64,000 nt of DNA from contig WGBD01000011.1 of the NCBI GenBank assembly GCA_015494465.1, positions 3,553 to 67,552 on the forward strand, written 5' to 3'. The notes under the pieces were generated by a model. The model was not told the origin of the DNA. It made no database searches and saw only the letters and a list, made by a program, of their open reading frames with translations. Made by a program: the position numbers and the translations under genes. Every line of letters starts with the position of its first letter. The stretch's first letter is position 1. Origin of the DNA: Candidatus Omnitrophota bacterium (lineage in GTDB: Bacteria; Omnitrophota; Gorgyraeia; S143-82). This document shows, in pieces, positions 30,306-40,848 of the stretch.

Positions 30306-31342
30306 AAGCACCTCATCCCCTTCTTCTTCCTGCACTCTTGTCCGCACTTGTAACATATCTCGTTCTTGAGATATCCCCCTTCAAAGAATTCCCTGAGGTT
30401 CTCAAGGGTCACCCGGGCGATGTTCCTTAAGGCGTCAGAGGTAAAGAAGGCCTGATGGGAGGTAACTATCACATTGGGGAATGTCAGGAGGCGCGCCAGG
30501 ACATCGTCGGTGATTATCTCACCGGACTTGTCCTCGAAGAAGTACTCGGTCTCTTCCTCGTAGACATCCAACCCCGCATATCCTATCTTACCGCTCTTCA
30601 ATCCCTCTATCAGGGCCCGGGTGTCTATCAGGCGTCCCCTACCGGTGTTGATTATCATTACGCCCGGCTTCATCTTGGCAATGGCATCCCGATCTATCAT
30701 GTGCTCGTTTTCCTTGGTGAGAGGGCAATGCAGGGATATGACATCGGAGTTGGCGTACAGCGTATCCAGATCCACATACCTGACCCCGAACGCCTTGGCG
30801 AATTCCTCGTCGGGATAAGGATCGTAAGCGAGCACCTCCATGCCCATACCCCGCAGTATAGAGATCACCGCCTTGCCTATCTTCCCGGTGCCAATTATCC
30901 CTGCGGTCCTGCCGTGCATGTCAAACCCGAGCAGGCCGTTCAGGGAGAAGTTCCCCTCCCGGGTGCGCAGGTAGGCCTTGTGTATCTTGCGGTTCAGACA
31001 GAGCATAAGGGCGACGGTGTGCTCTGCAACCGCATAGGGCGAATAGTCCGGGACCCTGACCACATGGATCCTGCCGTAAGCGGACTTGAAATCCACATTG
31101 TTGTACCCCGCACACCTCAAGGCGATCACCTTTACCCCCAACTCGTAGAGGGCATCTATTACCTCAGCGGAGAGGTCGTCGTTAACGAAGGCGCACACCG
31201 CAGGAAACCCCTTGCACAGACCAACGGTGCGGGGATTCAGGCGGGCTTCAAAGTAAACGATGTCAAAACCAAACCTCTGGTTTTCCTCTTCGAAGAAGCG
31301 GCGATCGTAGGGCTTGGTGTCAAAGAAGGCCACCCTTTCCAT
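30302..31342 (-). CDS. ldhA: D-isomer 2-hydroxyacid dehydrogenase (D-lactate dehydrogenase-like)
   Basis: CAFVND, RCAGYNNVD, YSPYAVAEH, GTGKIG, INTGRG, LDVYEEE and TSHQAF motifs. Confidence 0.88.
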   Translation of the reverse strand: MERVAFFDTKPYDRRFFEEENQRFGFDIVYFEARLNPRTVGLCKGFPAVCAFVNDDLSAEVIDALYELGVKVIALRCAGYNNVDFKSAYGRIHVVRVPDYSPYAVAEHTVALMLCLNRKIHKAYLRTREGNFSLNGLLGFDMHGRTAGIIGTGKIGKAVISILRGMGMEVLAYDPYPDEEFAKAFGVRYVDLDTLYANSDVISLHCPLTKENEHMIDRDAIAKMKPGVMIINTGRGRLIDTRALIEGLKSGKIGYAGLDVYEEETEYFFEDKSGEIITDDVLARLLTFPNVIVTSHQAFFTSDALRNIARVTLENLREFFEGGYLKNEICYKCGQECRKKKGMRCF

Positions 31343-32492
31343 ACCTACCTCCCTCGTCCAACATCCTCTTTATCTCGTAAACCACGCGATCCACATCATC
31401 ATCCAAGAGGCGCACATCCGAGGGCAGACAGATACAGCGCTCCACCAGATCCAGAGACTTGCCCCTCCCAAAGTAAGGCGCACCCAGATAGGGTGCCTGA
31501 AGGTGGTTTGCCATCCACAGGGGGCGGCTCTGTATCCCCCGGGCGTTGAGTCCTTTCAGAAGGTAATCCCGCACCTGCCGGGCACGAGGAAACTCTAACC
31601 GCAATACATTCAACCAATAGTTGGCCTGCCCCCGTTTCGGCCTGACCAGCTTAAGGGAGCCCTCTCCCCGCAGGGCTGAGGAATACCAGCGATGGATGGT
31701 CCTCTTCTTCTTTAGGTGCTCGGGCAGGTACCCCAACTGGGAGAGGCCTAGGCCTGCCTGCAGGGCAGACATACGATAGTTGTATCCCACCTCTCCGTGG
31801 AGGTAATAGAGGGGATCGTCCTTCGCCTGGGTCCCGAGGTGCCTGGCCCGGGAATAGACCTTGCGCCGATTGGTCAGGAGCATCCCACCTGCTCCGGTGG
31901 TGATTATCTTGTTCCCGTTAAAACTCAGGATCCCGACATCACCGAAGGTACCCAACGATACACCGTTCAACTTGCTACCCAAGGCCTCTGCGGAATCTTC
32001 GATCAGAACGAGATTGTTCTCCGCACACACCGACTTCAGTGCGTTCACATCTGCGGGATTGCCCATCACATGGGTAACCAACACCGCCTTAACCGGTCGC
32101 CCTTCAAAGGTCAATCGCTTCCCCCTCCGCCCGCAGGCCTTGGAGATGAACCTCTTCACCCAAGCGACGGACATATTGAGATCGTCGTCCGCATCTACAA
32201 ACACGGGCAGCGCTCCAACATAGGAGACGGCATTGACGGTGGCTATAAAGGTTATGTCAGGGACCAGCACCACATCCCCCCTGCCTATCCCCACCGAGAG
32301 CAATGCCAGATGCAGGGCAGAGGTCCCGCTGGCGGTGGCAAAGGCATAACGCACGCCGGTATAGGATGCCACCTGCCTTTCGAATTCCTCCACTGCAGGA
32401 CCGAGCGCAGACACCCATTCCGACAGGAGAATATCCTTCAGGACCTCAACCGCATCAGGGTAGATAACCGGATCGTTTAACCTGAGCCTCAC
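31320..32492 (-). CDS. DegT/DnrJ/EryC1/StrS family PLP sugar aminotransferase (LegC-like)
   Basis: SGTSALHLAL, TFIATVNAV, EDSAEALGS, SFNGNKIITTG and GYNYRM motifs. Confidence 0.88.
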   Translation of the reverse strand: MRLRLNDPVIYPDAVEVLKDILLSEWVSALGPAVEEFERQVASYTGVRYAFATASGTSALHLALLSVGIGRGDVVLVPDITFIATVNAVSYVGALPVFVDADDDLNMSVAWVKRFISKACGRRGKRLTFEGRPVKAVLVTHVMGNPADVNALKSVCAENNLVLIEDSAEALGSKLNGVSLGTFGDVGILSFNGNKIITTGAGGMLLTNRRKVYSRARHLGTQAKDDPLYYLHGEVGYNYRMSALQAGLGLSQLGYLPEHLKKKRTIHRWYSSALRGEGSLKLVRPKRGQANYWLNVLRLEFPRARQVRDYLLKGLNARGIQSRPLWMANHLQAPYLGAPYFGRGKSLDLVERCICLPSDVRLLDDDVDRVVYEIKRMLDEGGRYGKGGLL

Positions 32493-33145
32493 CCTTTCGC
32501 CTCCATCCTTTCCAAGGCCATTCTCGCCGCCGAGGTCTCGGCAGTCTTGCGATTCGTACCCTTACCTACCGCAACGAGTTTACCGTTTATGAAGACACCT
32601 ACCTCGAACTCCGGACGATGCCTTGGCCCCTTCACCCCCAGGACGGAGTACTTAGGGGAGGCATTCCCCTTGGCCTGGGAGAGCAGTTGCAATCTCTCCT
32701 TTGGACCCAGCACATCCTCAGGGGTAAGGGCCTCTATCACCCCTGTCCAGAGACGCTCTATAAGACGGTAGGCCGAAGGGAGCCCACCGTCCAGATAAAC
32801 CGCTCCCACTATCGCCTCCATCGCATCCGCCAGCACCTTTGCGGAAGTCGCCTCGGAGCGTATTAGCACATAACGGGACAGGTCAACTACCTCTGCCACC
32901 TCCCGCAAGACCTTGCGGGAGACCAGGTAGGACTTGAGACGCGTGAGCACGCCCTCGTGGGCCCTGGAGAGATAACGGAACAGGTAATCAGATATAACCA
33001 ACCCCAATACGCTGTCTCCCAAGAACTCCAGACGCTGGAAGTTTGCCTTGGGATCCGCGCTGGGGTGGACCAGTGCCAGACGCAGGAGGTCCGGATCCCG
33101 AAAGCGATAACCCAGATTATCCTGCAACCTGCCGAGATCCCTCAT
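32489..33145 (-). CDS. rnc: Ribonuclease III
   Basis: QRLEFLGDSVL and ADAMEAIVGAVYLDGG motifs; C-terminal dsRBD (KERLQ...GPRH...F...G.G..RK.AE). Confidence 0.94.
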   Translation of the reverse strand: MRDLGRLQDNLGYRFRDPDLLRLALVHPSADPKANFQRLEFLGDSVLGLVISDYLFRYLSRAHEGVLTRLKSYLVSRKVLREVAEVVDLSRYVLIRSEATSAKVLADAMEAIVGAVYLDGGLPSAYRLIERLWTGVIEALTPEDVLGPKERLQLLSQAKGNASPKYSVLGVKGPRHRPEFEVGVFINGKLVAVGKGTNRKTAETSAARMALERMEAKG

Positions 33146-34473
33146 AGCAGTTCCGCTGCCATAGAGGCCACATCACTGCGTTCGCTCTTGGTGAGCACGA
33201 CATGGCCAAACAGTTCCTGTCCCTTGAGTCGTTCTACGCAATAGGTAAGCCCGTTGCTGTAATAGTCCAGATAAGGGCTGTCTATCTGATAGGGATCTCC
33301 GGTGAGGATTATCTTGCTCTTCTCCCCAACCCGGGAGATGATGGTCTTGACCTCGTGGGGCGAGAGGTTCTGGGCCTCGTCTATGAGGATGTACTGGGAA
33401 GGTATGCTTCTCCCCCGCATGTAGGTTAGGGCCTCTATCTCTATGATGCCCTCCTCTATGAACCTCTCCACATCCATCCGGCTGAATTCCTTGCGCCTGC
33501 CCTTCTGCCCCCGGCTGGTCAGGATGAACTCCAGATTGTCGTATATCGGCCCCATCCAGTTAGAGAGTTTCTCCTCCTTACTGCCCGGCAGGTAACCAAT
33601 ATCCTTGCCCAGAGGCATAACCGGACGGGAGATAAGTATCCGGGTATAGACCTCCTCGTCTATCACCTTGTGCAATCCCGCTGCGAGCGCCAGGAGGGTC
33701 TTGCCCGTACCTGCGGCACCGACGAGGGTGACCAGTTTTATGCTGTCGTCCAACAGCAGGTGCAGGGCCATCACCTGCTCTTTATTGCGCGGTTTTATGG
33801 ACCAGACCGCACCGGAGCGGTTGGTTAGGGGGACGATCTTCTTCTGAGAGGCCTTGTAGATGGCCAGACCCGAATGGGCGGGGTTCTCCTTTTCCCTTAT
33901 CAGAAAAAATTCGTTGGCGTAGGCAGAGAAACCGTCCTCCACCGGCAGGGCCCCTTTGGTGAAGAGGTTCTCCATATCCTCTGCGGACAGGTACAGTTCC
34001 CTCCAGCCGGGATAGAGTTCGGTGGTCTCTATCTTGCCCGCGACATAATCCTCTGCCCTTATCCCAAAGGCATTGGCCTTGACGCGCAGGTTTATGTCCT
34101 TGGTGATGAATATAACCTCCACTTCGGGATCTGCCTTCTGCAGGAGGTAGACGGTCATAAGCATGCGGTTGTCAGGCGTGTCAGGTGAGATGCCGAGATC
34201 CTGATGTGCGCGGGTCAGGTCCAGGAAAGATGGGATCTTCAGGAGACCGCCGTTCTCCAGAGGGACCCCTTTGCTGAAGTCGCCTTCCTTGCGCAAGGCA
34301 TCCAAAGTGCGTATGATTTGCCGAGCGTTTCGTCCTAATTCGTCGTCCACGCGCTTGAACTTGTCCAATTCTTCAAGGACCTCTATCGGGATTATCACCT
34401 CATTTTCCCCAAAAGAGAATATCGCATTGGAGGCGTGCAGGAGCACATTGGTATCCAGGACGAACCGCTTCAT
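33142..34473 (-). CDS. PIN-PhoH (PhoH2-type) RNase/ATPase
   Basis: N-terminal PIN motifs VLDTNVLL, EELD, DNR and TKDINLR; PhoH motifs GAAGTGKT, GYLPG, RGRS, DEAQN and GDPYQID; start reset to 34473. Confidence 0.92.
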   Translation of the reverse strand: MKRFVLDTNVLLHASNAIFSFGENEVIIPIEVLEELDKFKRVDDELGRNARQIIRTLDALRKEGDFSKGVPLENGGLLKIPSFLDLTRAHQDLGISPDTPDNRMLMTVYLLQKADPEVEVIFITKDINLRVKANAFGIRAEDYVAGKIETTELYPGWRELYLSAEDMENLFTKGALPVEDGFSAYANEFFLIREKENPAHSGLAIYKASQKKIVPLTNRSGAVWSIKPRNKEQVMALHLLLDDSIKLVTLVGAAGTGKTLLALAAGLHKVIDEEVYTRILISRPVMPLGKDIGYLPGSKEEKLSNWMGPIYDNLEFILTSRGQKGRRKEFSRMDVERFIEEGIIEIEALTYMRGRSIPSQYILIDEAQNLSPHEVKTIISRVGEKSKIILTGDPYQIDSPYLDYYSNGLTYCVERLKGQELFGHVVLTKSERSDVASMAAELL

Positions 34474-34474
34474 T

Positions 34475-35248
34475 TCAGGCCCTCCCTTCTGGCATAAGGC
34501 GAACCGGGATCCCACGGGAACTCAGATACTCCTTGACCTCGGGTATAGTGAACTGGCGAAAGTGAAAGACCGAGGCAGCGAGCACCGCATCCGCCCCAGC
34601 GATGAGCACCTCGTAAAAGTGCTCCATCTTCCCTGCCCCACCGGATGCGATGACCGGCACATCCACCACCGATGCTACCTTTGCGGTCAACTCCACATCG
34701 TAGCCCCGTTTCGTCCCGTCCGCATCCATACTCGTCAGCAGGATCTCGCCGGCCCCAAGATCGCAAACCCGCTTTGCCCATTCTATAGCATCCAATCCGG
34801 TATCCTTTCTACCCCCCTCAACGAATACATTCCAGCGCCCCATCTCTACCCTGCGGGCATCTATCGCCACCACTATGCACTGACTTCCAAACTTCCTCGC
34901 TCCCTCCTTTATCAGGTTCGGGTTCCTGACTGCAGAGGTGTTTATGGAGACCTTGTCCGCACCCGCTAAAAGGAGCTCCCGAATGTCCTCGATAGTGCGG
35001 ATCCCACCCCCCACCGTAAGGGGCATAAACACGCTCTCCGCAGTCCTGCGGACCACATCTATCATTATTCCCCTCTTCTCGTAACTGGCGGTGATGTCCA
35101 GAAAGACCAGTTCGTCTGCCCCCTGCTCCTCGTACACCTTTGCATTCTCCACCGGATCGCCTGCGTCTATCAGGTTGACGAAGTTCACTCCCTTGACGAC
35201 CCGCCCTGCCTTTACATCCAGACACGGTATTATCCGTTTCGCCAGCAC
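34475..35248 (-). CDS. hisF: Imidazole glycerol phosphate synthase cyclase subunit
   Basis: [34 protein letters not shown] and IASGG motifs. Confidence 0.97.
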   Translation of the reverse strand: MLAKRIIPCLDVKAGRVVKGVNFVNLIDAGDPVENAKVYEEQGADELVFLDITASYEKRGIMIDVVRRTAESVFMPLTVGGGIRTIEDIRELLLAGADKVSINTSAVRNPNLIKEGARKFGSQCIVVAIDARRVEMGRWNVFVEGGRKDTGLDAIEWAKRVCDLGAGEILLTSMDADGTKRGYDVELTAKVASVVDVPVIASGGAGKMEHFYEVLIAGADAVLAASVFHFRQFTIPEVKEYLSSRGIPVRLMPEGRA

Positions 35249-36369
35249 TATATCCCCTCCAGTATTACACGGGCAGCGGTCTGACTGGCCTGACCGGAAA
35301 AGAGACTATCCGACAACCTTCCCAGTTCCCTGCTCACGAACTCGTACCGCTCTCTGTCCTTAAGGATCTCTTTTGAGACCTTCAAGAGATCCTCGGGAGT
35401 GAATCCTTTCTGGATCAACTCCGGTACCAGTGTCCCACCGTAGAGTATGTTAACCATGGAGATGTGTTTGACCCTGACCGCCCACCTCAAGAGGTAATAG
35501 GTCATTGGCGAGACCTTGTACACCACCACCATCGGTTTGCGGTAGTACATCGTCTCCACGGTTGCGGTACCCGATGCCACCCAGACCAGATCTGCACCCG
35601 CAAGGGAACTGCCGTGATCCTCTGGCTCGATCAAAACCGCCCCCGAGGACTCCACAAACGGGCTGTACATAAACCTCTCCAGCGTGGGTGCGCGGTGGAT
35701 CCCCGCCTTTACTCCCCTCCCCCATCTACTCAAGGCCTCCAGCATAACTGGAAGGTGCCTTTCCAATTCCTGCCTGCGGGATCCGGGGAGGAGCGCAAGG
35801 TAGACCTCCTCCTGCCCCAGACCCAGTCTCCTGCGAAATCCTCTGTCCACCCTCCTGTCCCTCAACACCTCCCCCAGCGGATGCCCAACGAATCGGGCCT
35901 TTATACCGTACCTGGCGTAAAACTCCACCTCAAACGGGAATATAACCAGGATCTCGTCCATCATCCTCATGTACTTTACCCGACCTCTACCCCAGGCCCA
36001 CAACTGGGGGGAAATGTAATATACGAACTTGGTGTTCTTCAGCTTAGGACGAAGCTCCCTCGCCAGCCTCAGATTGAACCCGGGGTAATCCACGAACACG
36101 AGGGCAGACGGCCTCGTCTCAAGTATGTGCTCTTTCACCGTGCGGTAGAGATAGTGAAACTCGTCGTAGTGCTGGAGCACCTCCCAAATACCGACCACTG
36201 CCAGACCGGTGGGATCGGCGATCACCTTTGCCCCTGCTCGATAGCACTCCTTCCCCCCCATCGCGTAGATCTCAAGCGACGGATCGAGCCGATAAAGGGC
36301 AGATATCAACCTCCCGGCGTAGGCATCACCCGAGGCCTCACCGCAGAGCAAGAACAGACGCCTTCCCAT
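35248..36369 (-). CDS. lpxB: Lipid-A-disaccharide synthase
   Basis: GEASGD, DYPGFN, SPQLWAW, FPFE, VGHP, LPGSR and SGTAT motifs. Confidence 0.95.
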   Translation of the reverse strand: MGRRLFLLCGEASGDAYAGRLISALYRLDPSLEIYAMGGKECYRAGAKVIADPTGLAVVGIWEVLQHYDEFHYLYRTVKEHILETRPSALVFVDYPGFNLRLARELRPKLKNTKFVYYISPQLWAWGRGRVKYMRMMDEILVIFPFEVEFYARYGIKARFVGHPLGEVLRDRRVDRGFRRRLGLGQEEVYLALLPGSRRQELERHLPVMLEALSRWGRGVKAGIHRAPTLERFMYSPFVESSGAVLIEPEDHGSSLAGADLVWVASGTATVETMYYRKPMVVVYKVSPMTYYLLRWAVRVKHISMVNILYGGTLVPELIQKGFTPEDLLKVSKEILKDRERYEFVSRELGRLSDSLFSGQASQTAARVILEGI

Positions 36370-37321
36370 AACCGAAACGCTTGCGAATTATCCGTGAACG
36401 CGTCTTCTTTATGGCCTTGTTTACGCGCTCTGCCACCTTCAGGGCCAGAAGGCCCTCCACACCGGAAACCGGGGGATTCGTTCCCGTATGTATCGCCTTC
36501 ACGAAGGCCTTTATCTCCTCTTTGAGGGGCTCACTGCGGGTGGGTTGCAACACCCGCTTTTCGAGACTGCCTCTGTTGAGCACGAACAACTCCACCTGCT
36601 GTTCTATGTAATCTATAGAGACATAGGCCCCGGGGAAGAACATCCTGATCTTCCTCACCGTCTCGTCGCTCACCCTGCTGGCGGTGATGTCGCATATAGT
36701 CCCGTTCTTGAAGGTGATGCGGGCGTTGGCTATGTCGTCTTTACCGGTCAGGACCGGGGCCCCTACTGCCTCCACCCGCTTTAGGGCATAGGGGATAAAC
36801 CAGAGACATATGTCTATGTCGTGGATCATAAGGTCCATCACCACGCTCACGTCGGTGGCCCGATTAGGGAACGGACTGAGTCTGTGACACTCTACGAATA
36901 TCGGAGCGGAAGGGACCATCTCCCGCAACATCTGCATGGCGGAGTTAAACCGCTCCACATGGCCCACTTGGAGGATCACCCCCCTCCTCTTGGCGAGTCT
37001 AAACAGCCTCTTGGCAAGGGACAATGAACCGGTAAAGGGTTTCTCTATAAGACAGTGCCTGCCCATCTCTATCGCCTCCCTCGCGACCTCGTAATGGGAG
37101 GTCGTGGGCACCACTATACTCACTGCTGATACCTCTGAGAGGAGGGCCTGCATAGTGGGGAAGGTCTTCACGCCCAGTTGCCTGCCAACCTCTATAGCCT
37201 TGTCCACATTTATGTCGTAAACCCCGACGAGCTCCACCTCCTCCAGCTCGGAATATATCCTGGCGTGGACAGAGCCCAATCTACCAACCCCTATAACGCC
37301 TACTTTTAACTTATCCTTCAT
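36338..37321 (-). CDS. Gfo/Idh/MocA oxidoreductase, GnnA-like (UDP-GlcNAc 3-dehydrogenase candidate)
   Basis: [18 protein letters not shown] and [14 protein letters not shown] motifs; immediately upstream of lpxB. Confidence 0.82.
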   Translation of the reverse strand: MKDKLKVGVIGVGRLGSVHARIYSELEEVELVGVYDINVDKAIEVGRQLGVKTFPTMQALLSEVSAVSIVVPTTSHYEVAREAIEMGRHCLIEKPFTGSLSLAKRLFRLAKRRGVILQVGHVERFNSAMQMLREMVPSAPIFVECHRLSPFPNRATDVSVVMDLMIHDIDICLWFIPYALKRVEAVGAPVLTGKDDIANARITFKNGTICDITASRVSDETVRKIRMFFPGAYVSIDYIEQQVELFVLNRGSLEKRVLQPTRSEPLKEEIKAFVKAIHTGTNPPVSGVEGLLALKVAERVNKAIKKTRSRIIRKRFGYGKASVLALR

Positions 37322-38919
37322 CGTTTTGAGGCCTTCAATGCCTGACGGATGAGTCCCTTAAACAAGGGATGGGCCTTGTCAGGCTTGGACTTGAACTCGG
37401 GGTGGAACTGCACCGCTATGAAGTAGGGATGATCCTCCAATTCCACTATCTCCACTAGATCCTTCAGGGGATAGACGCCGGATACCACCAGTCCCCGGGA
37501 GGTAAGCAGGTTCCTATAGTCGTTGTTGAACTCGTAACGGTGCCGGTGGCGCTCACTGACCTCCTCCCTCCCGTAAAGCCTGTAGGCGAGGGTGCCCCTG
37601 GCTATCCGGCAGGGATAGGCACCCAGACGCATCGTCCCGCCCAGTTGCTGGATAGCCTTCTGCTCTTCCAACAAGCTGATCACCGGATATTCGGTCTCAG
37701 GGTCGAACTCAGTGGAGTTGGCGGAGGTCAGCCCGCAGACATTCCTTGCGAACTCTACCACTGCTGCCTGCATCCCCAGACAGATCCCCAAAAATGGCAC
37801 CTTTCTCTCCCGGGCATACCTTATCGCTACCACCTTACCCTCAAATCCCCTCTGGCCAAATCCCCCTGGTACCAGTATCCCGTCTGCGGAATCAAGTATA
37901 GAGGTGTCTTCCAGGAGCTTTTCCGAATCCACCTTTATTATCTCCACCCTGCTGTCGTTGGCGATCGCCCCGTGGCGCAGGGCCTCGTAGATGGACTTAT
38001 AGGCGTCCTGCAGTTCAATGTACTTGCCGACCACCGCTATCCTTACCGAACGCTTGGCCCGCTTCCACTTGTTGACCACCTTCTCTTCCCAGTCGGAGAG
38101 GTCTGCGGAAGGGGCGGGAATGCGGAGTTTGTGCAGGATTATCTCGTCCAGTGCCTGCTGTTTAAACACGAGAGGTATCTCGTAGATGTCGTCTACATCT
38201 ATCGCCTGGATAACCGCGTTCTCCTCCACATTGCAAAACAAGGCTATCTTGCGGATTATCGCCTGAGAGAACCTGCGCTCCGTCCTGCAGAGAAGGATGT
38301 CGGGCTGGATACCTATCTCCCTCAGTTTGCCCACACTGTGCTGGGTGGGCTTGGTCTTCAACTCACCTGCCGCCTTGATGTAGGGCACAAGGGTGAGGTG
38401 TACATTTATGGCGTTGTGGGCACCCACCTCAAGCCGAAGTTGGCGGATTGCCTCCAGAAACGGGAGGCTTTCTATGTCTCCCACCGTCCCGCCTATCTCC
38501 ACGATAACTATGTCCAGGTGCCTGCCCTTGCTCACCTGTTTGATGTTCTGCTTTATCTCGTCGGTAACATGGGGTATCACTTGTACGGTTGCACCTAGGT
38601 ATTCGCCCTTGCGCTCCTTGGTGATGATGGAGTAATAGATCTTGCCGGTGGTGATGTTGTTGAGCCGACTGGCGCGCATGGAGGTAAACCTCTCGTAGTG
38701 GCCCAGATCCAGATCCGTTTCTGCGCCGTCGTCGGTAACATACACCTCGCCGTGCTGATAGGGATTCATCGTGCCGGGATCCACATTGATGTAAGGGTCG
38801 CACTTCACTATAGCCACCTTAAGCCCCCGGGCCTCCAATAGTTTCCCAATGGAGGCACAGGCCACCCCCTTCCCCAGACTGGAAACGACGCCCCCGGTCA
38901 CGAATATGTACTTAGGCAT
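37318..38919 (-). CDS. pyrG: CTP synthase
   Basis: [39 protein letters not shown] and FHPE motifs; start reset to 38919. Confidence 0.97.
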   Translation of the reverse strand: MPKYIFVTGGVVSSLGKGVACASIGKLLEARGLKVAIVKCDPYINVDPGTMNPYQHGEVYVTDDGAETDLDLGHYERFTSMRASRLNNITTGKIYYSIITKERKGEYLGATVQVIPHVTDEIKQNIKQVSKGRHLDIVIVEIGGTVGDIESLPFLEAIRQLRLEVGAHNAINVHLTLVPYIKAAGELKTKPTQHSVGKLREIGIQPDILLCRTERRFSQAIIRKIALFCNVEENAVIQAIDVDDIYEIPLVFKQQALDEIILHKLRIPAPSADLSDWEEKVVNKWKRAKRSVRIAVVGKYIELQDAYKSIYEALRHGAIANDSRVEIIKVDSEKLLEDTSILDSADGILVPGGFGQRGFEGKVVAIRYARERKVPFLGICLGMQAAVVEFARNVCGLTSANSTEFDPETEYPVISLLEEQKAIQQLGGTMRLGAYPCRIARGTLAYRLYGREEVSERHRHRYEFNNDYRNLLTSRGLVVSGVYPLKDLVEIVELEDHPYFIAVQFHPEFKSKPDKAHPLFKGLIRQALKASKR

Positions 38920-39646
38920 GACGCTCCCCCAGTATCCTTTCCACGGTTTCCACATCGTCCGGGACATCCACTCCCCAGGATCTCTCCCGGGTATAAAACA
39001 TCTTTATCTTAACACCTCTCTCCAAGGCCCTCAACTGTTCCAACTTCTCGATGGACTCCAGTATCCCCGGAGGCCACTTTACGAAGGAGAGAAGAAACTG
39101 CCTATCGTAGCCGTATATCCCTATGTGCTGGTAGTAGTTAACGCCCTTTTCGGCCCTATCGTAGGGTATAGGTGAGCGCGAGAAGTACAGGGCAGTGCCA
39201 TCCGAGGCAAGGACCACCTTCACCACATTGGGATCCGTCGGATCGCCCTGGAGATCGGTGTACACGCTGGCCATAGTCGGGCGTTCCTCAAGCAGGAACC
39301 CCATAAATCCCCTCAACATCCCGGGATCGAGGGCGGGTTCGTCTGCCTGTAAGTTTACCACGAACCTCCCCTTCCGATCCCGCGCCACCTCTGCAACCCG
39401 ATCCGACCCGCTGGGGCAATCAGGAGAGGTCATCTTCACCCGGGCCCCAAACCCTTCACAGACCTTCCGCACCTCTTCGGAATCGGTGGCGATTACCACA
39501 TTATCCGCAGGCACCCCCGTATCCAGAGCGGATCGCCAGACCCACCAGACCATAGGCCGACCCAGGATGGGATAGATTACCTTCCCCGGGAACCTCGTAG
39601 AGGCGTATCGGGCAGGTATGACGATCAGGACATCCTCCAAACCCAT
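38912..39646 (-). CDS. kdsB: 3-deoxy-manno-octulosonate cytidylyltransferase
   Basis: [35 protein letters not shown] and LEQLR motifs; start reset to 39646. Confidence 0.95.
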   Translation of the reverse strand: MGLEDVLIVIPARYASTRFPGKVIYPILGRPMVWWVWRSALDTGVPADNVVIATDSEEVRKVCEGFGARVKMTSPDCPSGSDRVAEVARDRKGRFVVNLQADEPALDPGMLRGFMGFLLEERPTMASVYTDLQGDPTDPNVVKVVLASDGTALYFSRSPIPYDRAEKGVNYYQHIGIYGYDRQFLLSFVKWPPGILESIEKLEQLRALERGVKIKMFYTRERSWGVDVPDDVETVERILGERHA

Positions 39647-39650
39647 AACC

Positions 39651-40361
39651 TCACCCCACCGGCAAGTCCAACCCAAACCCTTCGATCATGGAAAATACCC
39701 TCTCGGGATCCGGTTCCTTGCGGATCAGACCTATCTCGTCGAGGATGCGCTCCATCGGGACCAGATCCAGATAACGCCGGTCCCTGGCCTCCTCTATCAG
39801 GCGCAGGCACCGATCGGAAAAGCGAAAGCCCAACCTCACACAGTACCTAGCCCCTCGCAGGATCCTTATGGGATCGTCGCAGAAACTGCGCTCGTGCAGG
39901 ACATCGAGTATCCCTTGGGCAAGGTCCTCTCTACCCCCGTAGAGGTCTATCGGTCCCGACGGATCTAACGCGCCATTGATCAACAGCCAGGCCATAGCGT
40001 TTATTCGGAAGTCTCTGCGGAACAGATCCTCCTCTATAGTGGCAGGGCTGATTACCGGACGGCTCGCACAGTGGGGGTAATGTTCCTTCCTTGCGGTGGC
40101 AAAGTCCACCCTGCCCACACCTTCAAACCAGACACTACAGGTTCGATAGTACTTGAAGACCCTCTTCTTCCTATCGGGAAAGTGGCGACTGGCAAAGTCC
40201 ACCGCATCCGCCTCCACCACCACATCTACATCAAAGGAATCCCTCCCCAAGAGGATGTCCCTCACCGCCCCACCGACGAGCCCGATCCGGACTCCGTCCT
40301 CTTCACCCAGACCGGAAAGGTAAGATAAAAACTCCTCAAGACTCCTCTGCATAGTGGGCAT
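39651..40361 (-). CDS. Class II tRNA nucleotidyltransferase, unusually short
   Basis: VGGAVRD, DVDVV, DFATARKE, EDLFRRDFRINAM and DDPIRILR motifs. Confidence 0.85.
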   Translation of the reverse strand: MPTMQRSLEEFLSYLSGLGEEDGVRIGLVGGAVRDILLGRDSFDVDVVVEADAVDFASRHFPDRKKRVFKYYRTCSVWFEGVGRVDFATARKEHYPHCASRPVISPATIEEDLFRRDFRINAMAWLLINGALDPSGPIDLYGGREDLAQGILDVLHERSFCDDPIRILRGARYCVRLGFRFSDRCLRLIEEARDRRYLDLVPMERILDEIGLIRKEPDPERVFSMIEGFGLDLPVG

Positions 40362-40842
40362 TTTCCCAAGATATCCGGAACGCAGCGTCTATCAAGCGCT
40401 GAGAGGCCTCGTAATCGGCGCGCATGGACTTGTTATAGAGGTACGATCCCTTGGCGTGGATCTTATAGGCCTTGTGGCAAAGATCACATATCTTCTGTGC
40501 CACCTCCCGGGCAGGGGCAAAGCGCTCCTTCGCGGATTTGCCCTTGTCTTTTAGGCACTCCAGAAAGACCTTGGAATCCTCGTTCACCAAGGTGAAGAAT
40601 TCCTCTAGTAGCCTGTCAGCCTCCTCAAGAAGGGCCTTTATGTCGGAACGCACCTGCTCGTCTATGTCCTTCTTTAGGGTAAACACCAGCGTCTTTTTCA
40701 ACAGGGCCAGGCCCAAGGTAGCCACATAGGCAGAGACACTGCCTCCACCCGGTACCGGATAATCGGAACTGATCTCATCTATAAAACCGCGCAGACTGAG
40801 AGATGTATAGTCCTTTAACTCCTTCCCCACTGATCCCTCCAT
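40336..40842 (-). CDS. Formiminotransferase-cyclodeaminase C-terminal / cyclohydrolase (FchA-like) family protein
   Basis: FIDEISSDYPVPGGGSVSA and LVNEDSKVF motifs; helical. Confidence 0.8.
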   Translation of the reverse strand: MEGSVGKELKDYTSLSLRGFIDEISSDYPVPGGGSVSAYVATLGLALLKKTLVFTLKKDIDEQVRSDIKALLEEADRLLEEFFTLVNEDSKVFLECLKDKGKSAKERFAPAREVAQKICDLCHKAYKIHAKGSYLYNKSMRADYEASQRLIDAAFRISWENAHYAEES

Positions 40843-40848
40843 TCTTTA

